A stretch of DNA of 64,000 nucleotides from Amoebophrya sp. A120 (taxonomy: Eukaryota > Protista > Dinoflagellata), in assembly GCA_905178155.1 (NCBI GenBank), contig CAJINV010000020.1, forward strand, positions 434,001 to 498,000, read 5' to 3'. Each line of letters begins with the position of its first letter. The stretch's first letter is position 1. Below are positions 1 through 12,810 of the stretch, piece by piece. A program made the translations under genes and the position numbers. The notes below the pieces were generated by a model that saw only the letters and a list, made by a program, of their open reading frames with translations, searched no databases and was not told the DNA's origin.

Positions 1-131
1 CTAGAGCTCGTGTTCGAGAGGAAGAAGTCTGGTGGACCACTTTCGCAAGAAACTGTTCGTTCTCCAGCTACCTTGTGGGGAAATATACAGCACTTTAAGA
101 GAACGTCCAGGTAAAAACAATCATCTCCAAA

Positions 132-2377
132 ATGGCGATGACCACGAAGCAACACAGCCGAAATGCGGCACTGAGGCAAGAGGTAACGCTATCTGCGGAG
201 GAGGAAAAAAGGGCCAAGGAACTGTACTTTGTTTTCATGTTGATCGCAGTCCGTCATGTGCTTGATGTTTGTGTTTACCCTTCGAACGTAATGAATACGA
301 GCACTGGGATATTGTTATCCCCCCATTGTTCCAATGGATTTGGTATTATCCGAAATGAAATACTCACTAGATTCGGCGTGTACGACTACGATAAATCAGA
401 CAGCGTATCACCTGCAAGTGAGCGTCAGGGAATCGGAAGAACTTTTCCTTTAAAAATTTGTCCTCTTGCTACTTGTTTTACTATGCATGGGCATGGGAAA
501 TGAGTTCGTGCCATGGACTCATTTTCTTTGTTTAAGCTAAGCTTTGTGTGCGTATTCTGTTCTTCCCATGGAACGGTGACGCCTATTTGCATTGCATACA
601 CTATCTCACCGGATGAGATGCGCGATCTTCTCACCGAGTTGGGCTTCAACATCGCAGACGAGTCCATCACACTCGTAATATCACAATACGGTACATCTTT
701 TGTTGGACATTTCAGCTGAGGACTTTTTTGCTTTTCAAGAACTCGGAACAAATACCAGTATTGCAGCGCAATTTCACCAGCCAAGTGTGGACATCAGAGT
801 AGAAACTCAGTTTTCTAGAACGATGTTGATGCTAGTGCTGTTTTGTCTATAGCGATGTCAAAGATCTTGATCTTCACTGACCGACAACAGCTGCGGATCC
901 TAACAAAGTGACTTTTGCGGAGTTCAAGGGAATATACGTGGAATTCCTCGCCCAAATGCCGTCCGCGCTGAGGAAAAAGAACATGGCCGGAGCCTGCCGA
1001 CCATGCGTAAAAATACAATTAATTGGCTACCACGCTTTTTGTTTGCGAACGTTCTTGTATGGATCAACGCCAGGCTTTTACCGGTCGTGAAACTAGCGAT
1101 TTTTTTTTGCCATGATTCGGAGGGTTTGATGGCATCTCATCTGTTTTTGAAAAATCTATCAGCATCAAGACGTATACTTCACGGAAGCGAGTTACCGATC
1201 CGCGTTATCAAATTGATGCAAATGTGTCAATATCTACTTGGCTAGGGTAAAAAAAAAACCTCACTTAGTGGCTGCAGAATCAAAAACAGGCCGTGAAGCA
1301 GCTGCACCCATGCTAAGGCGCTGCATTGTGACATCATTGCATATTTATGTAATTTATTAGTATCTTCTGCATGTAGTTAGATGCTTCCCTAAAAAGAGCA
1401 GAAGATCTTCGAAGTAGTAGTGGTGCAACTTGTTCGGTGGAGAGCACGAGTATCTTGCATTTTTCCCGAGGCATCAAGTCAGAAACGACACTTGCAGAAC
1501 AAGTCCATAACTCTTCAAGGCGTACGACTTCGATGCAAGCGGCACGCTGGAACGATCGGAACTGAGTGCGTTGCTGTTCGATCTCGGTATTGATTGACGT
1601 TTATCCCATCAGTTTTGATGCAGCATATCGTAATGTTTTTGTTTATGTTTTTGAATACTATCCAGAGAACCGAAGCGTGACTACCTAAATCGCAAAAGGT
1701 GTACACATCCACTTTTTCCGAATTATATACCAGGTATGCCAGACGTTTACGGAGACAATTACAGCACGCTAATGGACGAGGCTTTCTCTGTGGTGGACTG
1801 GGATCACTCAGAATCGCTGGACTTCCAATATAACCCGCTCAGGTGTTACAATCTCAAACGTTACAATAGAACATAGAAATCTGTGATGCAAGAGTGCATG
1901 ATCTAGCCAACTCTCATAGGATTGTGCATGACAAGTTCCGGAGCCCCAAACATCACTACAATCTGGCGAAATTTGTATTGCAAAAGGTGGAACGCTGTGC
2001 GAGCCTGTCAAGCTCATCATGCAACACAAAGTCCAAATTCTATTGTAACGTTTGAGATTGTAACGCTTGAGCAAGTCATATCCAAGAGTTCTGCCAGTTT
2101 ATCAACGAAGTGATCCGGTATGTAGAGGACTTGCGAGAGTCACAAACTGTATCCAAGAAAAAAACACCATCACAATCACTATTGCACATTTTTGCAATAC
2201 AAAAATTTTTGTCATGCGCAAAAATGCATCACAGTCAAGAGTTATTGGCGATTTCCCTTTGTGTTTTTGCAATACAAGAAAAATTTGGGATGCGAGAGAA
2301 ATTTCTGATGCAAAACCTCCTACATGTGATTGTGATGGTGTTTTTTTCTTGGATAAACTGTGCAGAAGGTGTACTAA
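132..2377 (+). CDS. Calmodulin-like EF-hand protein (multi-exon, not visible as one ORF)
   Basis: Spliced EF-hand loops YDYDKSD(T/S)(I/V)SPDEM, YDFDASGTLERSEL and VDWDHSESLDFQEF, plus a degenerate loop DPNKVTFAEF. Needs removal of IEs at 406, 1829 and 2150 and GT-AG introns. Stop TAA 2375-2377. Exons between ~1005 and ~1510 are unresolved. Confidence 0.75.
406..598. mobile_element. Old introner element (non-canonical intron)
   Basis: TIR tatcacctgcaagtgagcgtca / tgacgcctatttgcattgcata. DR decayed (cagcg/cacta). Removal +5 nt rebuilds a 12-residue EF loop. Confidence 0.7.
1829..2080. mobile_element. Introner element, family E
   Basis: Long TIR containing gttacaatctcaaacgttacaatagaa. Perfect DR tccaa. 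Splice gives LDFQ|EFCQF. Confidence 0.9.
2150..2355. mobile_element. Introner element, family D
   Basis: TIR tatccaagaaaaaaacaccatcacaatcac. Perfect DR aactg. Confidence 0.9.
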
Positions 2378-3578
2378 ACTGAAAAATAAAAAGCGAAATA
2401 GTTGAACTTCCACCTATTTCCGCAGCATAGCTGGCACCAGCGTAGCTGCTCCGTTCTCGATTTTTGGAAGAGGAAAATCAATAGCGTAGCAGGAAACTCT
2501 ACTACCGCTTTCATTTCTGTGACCAGGTCAGAAGTAGTAGCGTTCGAGGTTGGAGAACAAAACTCGGCGATATGAGTTACAGGAGCAAATGAAATTCGAG
2601 AGACTTCTGCGAAAATGAAGTTTTTCGGACTTCTTCCAAATCTTCCAAATTAGTGAACTAACTTTTATTTTGCAATAACACAGAAGCAGAACGCAACTGC
2701 AGCCGCCCTGGTGCTGTGGCTCCTCTCACCGCAGTTGTTGGGACAGGGTTCCTGTGGATCAGCTAGCAATTATGATCCTTGCATGAGCAAGCTGCACGGC
2801 TGTTTGTCGACTCGGCATCTTCGTTTGTTTTTGGTTCAAAATCTGAAAATCAGCTTGTCCCTGCTCCCTTCCGTCCACGGCGGGGCGATTCCTCGTAATA
2901 AATATTAAAGTCGTGCAAAATTATAGAAATAAATCGTTCTGCCAAGAATTTTTCGTTCTTGTTTTTTACCATTCGCTCCTCAGACTCACCTCAAGAAGAT
3001 CCACGTTTAAGCACCAGCGTGCAATCGCAAATGCTTCTCGTCTAAAATCGTGCAATCTACAATAAACCGAAACAGTTCTTTCGTCGCTTATTTCGTCCTG
3101 TTGTGCCTTGTTCTACTTTGTTTTTATCGTGCACTACTTCTTCTTCTGCCGTGTAGTTTCTTTATCGCATCTATTAGCGCCGCCACAACCATCTGTAGAA
3201 GCTTGCTGCTTCACCACTGGCGCAGCAGTTCGTTGTGCCAAGAGGTCTTCATCCGTCGGCTTTTTTCCGTAGTTCAGCATTCTCAGTGAATCTTCAGAAA
3301 AAAACGAAAAATCTTCAAACAGAAAAATTTTACTGCAGAAAACTACCCGCTGCTGCTTCAGCCTACAACCAAGAGTAAGTAATCAACCTACGAGTTGCTT
3401 TTTCCGCTATCACGACGAGATATCAAGTAGACACTGTATTTGTACAGCTTGCTAACCAGCACACCGAGAAGGCACAACTCGCTTGATTATTCTCCTTGTT
3501 GCTATTTTTCTAAGAACTCGACTTGTATCTAACTCACTTCTTTCGGAACGCCGTAAGAACAGCTCACTTCTTGCCAAA

Positions 3579-6228
3579 ATGTCCAAAATGAACAAGGCGA
3601 ATGCCATGCAGGCGCTGGCTCTGACCCTGTCCGTATCAAATTGAGAACAACAGCTGTTGCTCCCGTCCCTGCATCCACGTCCTCTCGTCGTGCCGAATGT
3701 TGAATAGTAAACGCTTCGTCCTCTCCTGCAGATGTGATAGTGTCATCTGCAGAAAGGTACGGAGAAAAATCACGGGGAAATGAGAGAAACAAGTTCTGGT
3801 TTGCCATGATGCATGAAGAGCCACCGTGCAGTGGTTGATCTCGCCCTGTACCATGTCGAGCTCCTTGAATAAAGCTGTAACATCAAAAATGTGCAATCGC
3901 AGGGTGAGGCTGCGAAACCGCAAAGACAAAGTTGCACAGAGCTCCTATGCCGCCTGACGCCACGGTGGCCTTCTGAATCATGGCAGCTGAAAGGAGACTA
4001 GAAAATAAAGCTTTGTTCATCTTGCATGTCTACTCAACTCTACTGCATCGATTGTATGCACCTATTTCAACATCCGGACGGGCGGGACGTAGATTGCACG
4101 GGGAGAGGATCACTGTAGTTCTCACTTTGATAGCCTCTTTCTGGAATGCCGGGCGGCGTGGACCAGATGGGGCCCGCGGCCGTGGCCGGCCGGCTGCTCC
4201 GTGGTGACACTGAAGCGCAAGACGACGCGACCACGACGGGAACCGTGCCGAACACGCGCTCCAGCCTGCTGCAGAAGAAGAAAACGAAGGCCAGCACCCT
4301 TATCGAAAAGAAAGTGCGCAGCTCCAGTACTAGCCACCTTCGTTCTGAAAAAGATATTTAAACGCAAATCTTCACTTGTTTCAAAAAGTCGTACAGGCAG
4401 GGCGACCGCGAGCACCTGAGTTTGCATAGAAGTGTTGCCCCCTATTCCTCGAAATTAGTACCGTCAACACTGGGTCCGTGTCCGTGAAACCTTTGCATTA
4501 TCTACCTGCTTTGGCATATAATCTTGAGCGAGTGACTGTGGTTTTTATCGGTCGAGCTGTGCACCTTTCTTTGTGATAGGCTTGAAGCAAAAGACTGCAA
4601 AAACGGGAGAGCAGAAAACCAAGACTACCACGGGGAAGAAGGAACAGAAGCAGAACCTGAATCAAAAAGCCAACTTCCCCTCGTTTGACTTCGGGAGTCT
4701 CAAGGAGAAACTTGACAGTCTCAAGGATGCAGCCGGGAGCGGAATCTCGTCTGGGTTCGGGAAGGTGAAAGACTGGGCCCAGGAGAAAGCCGGGCAACTG
4801 ATGGAGCACGCCGCGGCGGCGAAGGATGCGGGTCTCGAACAGGCGAAGGAAAAGACGGAAGCATTGAAGAATCTGGCCGCCGAGAAGTCTGCGGAACTGG
4901 TGGAACAGGTCAAGGAGCTGAAGGACACGGCGATCGATCAGGCGAAGGAAAAGACGGAAGCGTTGAAGAATCTGGCCGCCGAGAAGTCCGGGCAAGTGCT
5001 GGAACAGGTCAACGCGCTGAAGGACACGGCGATCGATCAGGCGAAGGAAAAGACGGAAGCGTTGAAGAATCTGGCCGCCGAGAAGTCCGGGCAAGTGCTG
5101 GAACAGGTCAAGGAGTTGAAGGACACGGCGATCGAACAGGCGAAGGAAAAGACGGAAGCGTTGAAGGATCTGGCCGCCGAGAAGTCCGCGGAACTGGTGG
5201 GAAAGGCCACGGAGCTGAAGGACACGGCGATCGAACAGGCGACGGAGAAGGCGGAAGCATTGAAGGATCTGGCGTCCGAGAAGTACACGGAGCTGAAGGA
5301 CACGGCGATCGAAAAGGCGACGGAGAAGGCGGAAGCGTTGAAGGATCTGGCGTCCGAGAAGTCCGCGGAACTGGTGGGAAAGGCCACGGAGCTGAAGGAC
5401 ACGGCGATCGAACAGGCGACGGAGAAGGCGGAAGCATTGAAGGATCTGGCGTCCGAGAAGTACACGGAGCTGAAGGACACGGCGATCGAAAAGGCGACGG
5501 AGAAGGCGGAAGCGTTGAAGGATCTGGCGTCCGAGAAGTCCGCGGAACTGGTGGGAAAGGCCACGGAGCTGAAGGACACGGCGATCGAACAGGCGACGGA
5601 GAAGGCGGAAGCATTGAAGGATCTGGCGTCCGAGAAGTACACGGAGCTGAAGGACACGGCGATCGAAAAGGCGACGGAGAAGGCGGAAGCGTTGAAGGAT
5701 CTGGCGTCCGAGAAGTCCGCGGAACTGGTGGGAAAGGCCACGGAGCTGAAGGACACGGCGATCGAACAGGCGACGGAGAAGGCGGAAGCATTGAAGGATC
5801 TGGCGTCCGAGAAGTACACGGAGCTGAAGGACACGGCGATCGAAAAGGCGACGGAGAAGGCGGAAGCGTTGAAGGATCTGGCGTCCGAGAAGTCCGCGGA
5901 ACTGGTGGGAAAGGCCACGGAGCTGAAGGACACGGCGATCGAACAGGCGACGGAGAAGGCGGAAGCATTGAAGGATCTGGCGTCCGAGAAGTACACGGAG
6001 CTGAAGGACACGGCGGTCGAAAAGGCGACGGAGAAGGCGGAAGCGTTGAAGGATCTGGCGCAGGACGCAGCGGTGCATGCCGGCGAACTTGTGCAGGAAA
6101 AGGCTGGGAAGGTCAAGGAAATGGCGCAGGACGCGTTGCAAACCGCAGGCGGGAAGGCCTTGGACACCGTCAAGGCGGGGATCGAAGCCGGAAAAGAGAA
6201 GGCCAGTGCGTTAGTCACCCCCCAATAA
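3579..6228 (+). CDS. LEA/apolipoprotein-like 11-mer repeat protein, possibly secreted
   Basis: Exons 3579-3633, 4138-4300 and 4584-6228 join in frame after IE removal (MSKMNKANAMQALALTLSV|SGMPGG...ASTL|KQKT). Body is A/E/K/T-rich 33-aa and 26-aa helical repeats. Confidence 0.75.
3634..4132. mobile_element. Old, long introner element
   Basis: TIR tatcaaattgagaacaacag / ctgtagttctcactttgata. DR decayed (gtccg/gcctc). Frame restored by removal +5 nt. Confidence 0.75.
4301..4578. mobile_element. Old introner element
   Basis: TIR tatcgaaaagaaagtgcgcagctc / gagctgtgcacctttctttgtgata. DR decayed (accct/ggctt). Frame restored. Confidence 0.8.
4835..6060 (+). repeat. Coding tandem repeat: 99-bp units, then ~5 near-identical 177-bp (99+78) units
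   Basis: gaactggtgggaaaggcc recurs at 5191, 5368, 5545, 5722 and 5899. Confidence 0.95.
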
Positions 6229-8539
6229 ATTCACGTCAGTGAGTTTTTGTTTTCCACAATAAGATTCCTTTTATTGTTTGCCCTTTCTCACCGTACGAGA
6301 TTCAACAACAAATAAGAAATAAACTAAAAGCTGCATAGCCATATGTTCTAGAGGGAGACAAGAATGAACATCAGAGCCGTGCATGCAGTTGTCATCCGTA
6401 TCAAACGCTCCTCACACCCAAAATTTTTTTCTGTTGCTCGTTTATTTTCTGTAGTGCCCCGAAACAAAAGTCCTTCAGTTAAAAGCCGTAGTTTTTGAGT
6501 GTTGCTTGCGTACATTAAGTTTATAGACATGATGTTCAATGTTTTTTTTTCTGATGTATCTCATTTCGTTGAAGTCAAATTGCATAGCGCCAAAAAAACA
6601 CTATACAAATACGAATTGTTTTTATTCTTTCATTGAGTACTAGCTCGTTGACGTTCTTCTATAAATATGTTTTTTCATCATTGTGCCCTATCTTCCTATC
6701 GTACCGCCGCTCTCTCTTATCGTCTTTGATTTTACTTTTTTTTGCGAAGCATATTTTTCTTTTTTCTTTTGCGATGATGTACATTTCCACTTCCAAAAAT
6801 TGTCCTCTTTCTTGTTCGTCCCAGAATGATTACTTATGTGCCCTGATTACATCCTCATCCTCTGGTGTCCCCGCCCTGACGTCCCTGTCGTATATTAGAT
6901 GTTCACAACCTAAAGAGTGAGAAGCGAAATAGAAAAGGCACTCCCGCCTTCATTTTCGAAACCTCGCGTAGGTAGTACTTTAATTTTTGGCGCAAACCCA
7001 CCCGACCACCTGTCCTTCTGCTTTTTGAACCAAAGCAGATGATCTCATGCACCATTATACAGCCCCCGCTGGCTAACACCAAGAATGAGATAGAGCACCA
7101 GCAAACTTTTTCTGATCGCCCCCTACAACCCAATTTTTGCACACAAACAAATACAACAAATATTTTTTGCACAGACTAATTCAGGCCTCAGACCACGAAG
7201 AAGTATCGGGACGAACAAATGCCTTCGGATTATAGAGGCAGCGCTTTGAGGAGCTTAGGCTTCCATAGTTGTAAAAACGTTGTAAGTTGTACTTACTAGG
7301 TACTTTTTACTTTATCGGAAGAGGCGAGGTGACGCCTCTACAGCGCTACACGTAGTCCCACACCACCACAAAGTTCAAGTAGCCGACCAAGTACTTCTAG
7401 TGACGTTCTGCAACAGAAACACCTAAAACACGCCGTACCATCACCCTCGCCGGAAAGAGATGAATAAGTCGAAGCGGTGGAACATAAATTGTTTGTTGTC
7501 AGCATTTTTTCCACCCCCACGAACGACCCGTAAAAGAACCCGATCCCGTCCCATTTTATCCCCAGGAAAAGTAAAACGAAAAAAAGCACACCCCGATGGA
7601 GCCATGATGATCCAGGGATGTTGGTGTGCGACGATGCCGTACGTGGTTGTAGCACAGCATCCACGTGTGTTGTTCCAGCGAAATAAATCTTCGCTTTGCG
7701 CCGTGCAGAGATAAGTTTAAGTAGTAAAAAGTTACTTCGTCATAGAACCACCAGTGGCACAAGTCGTACAACTCGTGCGTCGTCATGCTAGCTGGCGCCG
7801 TTTATTGCGCAGTGGCAGTACTACTACTACTACCTCGACCTCCTGTGTGGTTTGGTTTGTGGAAATTCGTCGTATTCGTTCTCCTCCTCGTCAACAAAAG
7901 TGACCACAACAAAAAGAAAAATCTCGTGCCGGCCGAAAATCGTTTCGTCCTCCGTTCCACGCTAACTATCGTTCCTTCGCATGCAGTATTTGGTAAAACT
8001 TCGTTCAGACCTCGTCCTCAAAGAAGGTTCTTGTCGGAGATGGTGAAGAACGACGTGTAGTTTCCATTTGTCTTTCGTGGAAGTACAATATGTATATGAT
8101 TCATTTCGTCCAAGAACTACGACTACCACATATATAATATAGGCTGGCTTGTCTCTCTCTGAGTGCCATAAATAAGTATCAGTTCGCTATGCTACAGTGC
8201 TTATTTTCAAACTTCCCTTTGGGATTTTAGTTTTCAACATAAATAAGTATCCATCTCCAGAAGTTCAAATCAGGTTCAGCATCTCTGGCTCATTTCATAT
8301 CCGCAAAATCATCGGTTGTAGACTCATTTCGTAATTCTTTCCTAGAACAAGTTCAAGTTGTACTCACACGTCGAGCCGACGCAAAATCTATCACCGCACA
8401 ACATCTTGAGGTAGGAGTTGATTACGTAATTGCTTCTACGGAGGATATTGAAACCTGAATAAAACAGTTTGATAGCATTATCACAGCCACACTCGTCTCC
8501 GCCCGTGTAGTTGACCAAGAAGACAAATCTCTGACCAGC

Positions 8540-11500
8540 ATGTCTGCTCCCCCCAAGAACATCACAGAGGAACAACCTACTTTGTCTGCTTACGCCGGTG
8601 CGTACCGTGGTAGCGAGGCTCTGATCCGGTACCAGGGCAACCTGGAGAGCGGCGAAGTACGCACGGCGTTGAAGGATCCGTATGCGGAGAGGAACGGGAA
8701 GGTTGACCCCAGTCAAAACTTTCTGACCGTCGCAAACGTGGCCCAGGGCCTCGGCCGGGAGAGAAACCTCTTTGAACAGGAGTTTTCCAGCAAATCCACT
8801 TTGATGCAACAGCGGCGCGCAGCACAGAATGCAGCCGGCGAGGACCTCCAAGGAAACAAGCGATTTGAGGCGGCAGCAGCCAGCGCCGCAGCGACAGTGT
8901 GGGCGGGGAAATCCGTGCAGAGCCGGCAGTCCACGCCGCTGCTGGCGCACTTCCACGGCACCAGCATCGGGACTGTGGCGACCGGCTGGAAGCAGTACCG
9001 CCGCGCAAGCATGCTTGCAGGTTATCAAATGTAAAAATGTCTGGGTCTGGAAGGATGCAGAGATTTGTGATGCGGCTTTGGCATGACCCCTAATGTCTGT
9101 GATGCATGCCCTAGCATCACAGATTTTATGAGGGCTTCCTGCTGATGCCTATACCGCATGAGAAATGCCCCCTCGCCGTCGCAAAAACTGGACCTCTTTT
9201 GCTGTTCATGCAATGCAGAATTTTGTAGAATCCAAATGCAGCATCACAAGTTGCATCCTTCCAGACCCAGACATTTTTGCAATCCATACAGGTCCCGGAT
9301 GCACGATCATTTTCGACGGCGAGATGGACCACAACAAGCGCGCTCTCTCTACGGTTGCAAGCGTCGAGACTTTGCCGTATTTAAGGATGCCATAATTTTA
9401 AGTTTTTTTTCTGATCTTGATAAAAGTAAAACTCAAACCACGACTTTCACCACGACCCCTCGCCCTTGTATTAGTTTGCTTTCTTTCGTAATTTGAATTT
9501 CGTCTCACGCTAAAAATCTGCCTTTACACGACAGGCCTGCGACGGAGCTTCCCGCGGATCCAGATCGTTCTCCATCCCCGGCAGCGCCGACGCAGGACGG
9601 GGTGCTACTTGCTACTAGTCCGATCGCGGAGCAGTTACAAGACCCGGAACATCATCAAGATCAAGACCGGGACGTCAGTTGGCTGCGGGGGCCCCGACAC
9701 GACCAGCGGAGCCCTTCGCCGCGTCCCGTGCCGGAGTACATCCGCAGTAAGACGCAGAGCTGGTACAGGAAGGTGATGTCGCAAAAGGAGCTGCACCAGT
9801 GGTACGGCGGCGATCCTTACGCGCCGAGTCACCACGTGCGCCTTATGCATTGCAAATATGTCTGGGTCTGGAAGGTTGCAACTTGTGTAAAAAAACTTCT
9901 GATTCTATAGATAGCATCACAATGTGATGCTATCTCGGGACTCTAAAAAAATCTGTGTTGCATGACCAGCAAGAGGAGTCCAGTTTGTGCTACGCGGAGA
10001 GGCCATTTCTCATGCGGAGTAGGCATCAGGATCAGGAAGCCTTCTAAAGATCTGTGATGCTACGCCATGCATTACAGGTGTCGTGGGTCATGGAAAATCT
10101 GCATGACAAGTCTCGCAACCTTCCAGACCCAGACATTTTTACATTTGATACGCCTCGAGAAAAGCCCAAACCGGTACCGCGATTTGCCGCACTCCGTTTT
10201 CTACACCAGCACGCGGTCTGCCGCGCAAATGCGCAGTCCCCGCGCCACCCGGCCCGGCGCCGTGGTCGCGCGGTCGCACGTGCCGCTGCACACGAACCGC
10301 AGGTCGCAGAGCCCCGCGGCGCTGGTGAAAAGCACGCGACCCAGCCAGGTAAGGAAGCATTACGACATGACAGCGGATGTGTCACTCTCCCAAAACACCG
10401 CAAAGCTCGCGCGGGACAACCTCCCGCTCGCACGACTCGTGCGGGGACGCGATGAGGAAACAGGCGACCGGATCCAACAGAGCCAGGAGGAGATCCAGCG
10501 GATCATTGCTGAAGCGGCACCCTTGCTGGAGATCTACAAAAACAAAAAAGCCCCGGTCTTGTCCCGCGTGGCGCCGCAGATGGGAAAACCGGATTTATCT
10601 GCCACGGTGTATTTTGAAGAGGGGCGGGAGCAAATTCCGGAGGTTTTGAAGGGGCAGTGCGGGGAGGAGGAGCAAGAAGAATGGGACCGGCGGGTGGACG
10701 CGTATGGGTACGTGAATGCCGAAGTGTATAACCAGTGGGAAAACAAAGCGGACGCGTATTTTAAGGATTTGGGCAACAGTGTCGTGACGCTGGATGAGGA
10801 CCAGGGTGCGGAAGAGAAGGGTGGTCCTGAAGATAGTATGTTTACTGCCACACAGACACAGGAGGAGCAAACATCAGCTGGAAAGAACTTCAACAATAGC
10901 ACCGGAGGTGGTTTTTCGAATAAAGTGAAGGAATTCACGGACCGCGGGCCGGAGTACGAGTGCTTGCGCATTTGGAAGCCTGCGCAAGAGTTCAAGTATC
11001 CGATCACAGACAGAGCGGCGGCGAAAACGAAGAAGCCCATAAATTCCGCGCCGTTCAAGCGGCCCACGCAGGTGTCCCCCAGGTTGGAGGGCGCGGCCGC
11101 ACCGCAGCTCCGCACGACGGAGCGCGCCAGGGCTCGTAAAGACGCACGCAGCCCGGAAACGAGGTTGCGCGGCGCCGTGCCGGCTCTGGACAGTAGTAGT
11201 AGACCTCCAGCACACGACGTCGAGCAGCAGGAGCGGAGCCGCGCGCCGAAGCCGGCCGTTGGTGGCACTCCGAAGCAGGTGCTTGCAGCGCGACGGTTGG
11301 AGCGAGAGATTGGTACTAGTGGCGGGTCGGCGCGGGCGAATATGATGAATAAACCTCCTCCTAAGGTAGTGGCGCCGATGCGGGCCACCGTGTTGCACGG
11401 GCGGCACCAGGTGGGGCGGAATTTTGCGGGGAAAGAGTTCAAACTGCCCTACGACGTAAACCGTTACTTCCGGACGGAGGAGACGCTGGAACAGCGCCGC

Positions 11501-11815
11501 GAGCGGCTCTACCAGTACCAGAAGGGCGACCGTCGGTCCACGTTTCACGAGCGGAGCGAGCGGCGGCTGTCGCAGGGGAAGCAGGACCTGTACCGCTCAC
11601 CCAAAACCGGGGTCAGTCACCACTTCGTGCCGGCTGAGCGCAGCCACGGCTACCGGGCATCTACAAATACGCGGGCACCGCCGCCTGCCGAGTACTATTA
11701 TTTGACGCAGGAAGCAAAACACCTGTTCGGCATCGTGAACCAACCGGAGGGACAGCAGGAAGACCAGCTGGAGGACCGTGCAGTCGAGGATGATGGTGCC
11801 ATCGACGGAAACTGA
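8540..11815 (+). CDS. Hypothetical protein
   Basis: Exons 8540-9022, 9294-9376, 9535-9843 and 10156-11815 join in frame (two IEs, one GT-AG intron 9377-9534). No family recognised. Confidence 0.7.
9023..9288. mobile_element. Introner element, family A
   Basis: TIR tatcaaatgtaaaaatgtctgggtctggaagg. Perfect DR caggt. Confidence 0.92.
9844..10150. mobile_element. Introner element, family A
   Basis: TIR tatgcattgcaaatatgtctgggtctggaagg. Perfect DR cgcct. Splice HVRL|EKSP. Confidence 0.92.
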
Positions 11816-12810
11816 TTTAGAAGAACAAACGCTTCTATTTATTTACCTTCGTTTTGAATAGGTTTGCAAACTACAACATAGATATCTACTTGGCGTTATT
11901 CTTTTCTCGAAATTCGATGTTGCATGATAGTTACGAGTCGTACCCTGCATGTTGAGTGTAAGCATTCAAAGTTAAGAACTGGACGTAAAGTGTGCTTTTG
12001 GTCTTTCAGATTCAGATGTATAAGTGACAGGCTGTCAGAAGATATAGTGCTGTTTGACACAGCTTTTTGTTTTTTTTCGATCCCCATGGAGGAAACTGGT
12101 TTTCAGATGATAGTAAGTACAAGTACCCAGAAGCAGGAGCAAACAAGCGTGAGCGATTTTCTATGCGAACATGCGTCGTGTCCCGGTCCACTGTTTGAAA
12201 CAGTTTCAATTTTTGCTGTCTTTTCATCCGGAACAAGCAAATAATTCATCGCTGCTCTGTACTTCAGACTGTGTACCATGCAAGAGAACACCTAATCTGT
12301 CAGTGTTCGAATTTTTTGCGTGCGAAGCGTGTAGTTCGTTGGGCGCTGCGATCCGACTCGAAGGTATTCTACACCAACAAAAAAGTCAGTCAGACGAGTC
12401 ACATGATCTGGTGCTGATTGGCTGGCTGGAGTTGTGCAAAATTCGAAGACAAAAAGATCTCCTATGGATGAACCGAAAAAAAAACGCAGGTCTATGTGGA
12501 AAATCAAAGCTCAGTTTTCAAGATGAGATCTGGAGCTTCAGGTGTAGTCGAGCATACTAGGCACGGTGCTGCGAACGGGAACGACCTTGTGTTTTATACA
12601 CCAAACAGCTGTCGTTCTTTCTTGAGTTGTACTTGTAAGGGATACCTAGTACTATGGCTTACATACACTTCTGCGACTCGTACGCGTAGGCGCGTTTTTA
12701 GAGCAAGAGGTAGCACCAGGCAGCATCTACAAGAACATCTTCTGCACCTTTAGTGCAGGAGCCGCTCCTCCGCCACACGACGACGACGAGGACGACCAAG
12801 ATTGCAGATT

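Noticed and set aside
4498-6218. Long minus-strand ORFs (547, 393 and 286 aa)
   Set aside because: Antisense shadows of the repetitive + strand coding region.
9023-9288. TA target duplication (Tc1/mariner or ciliate IES type)
   Set aside because: TAT/ATA belong to the inverted repeat. The duplicated target is the variable outer 5-mer, and collapsing to a single TA would leave both 5-mers and shift the frame.
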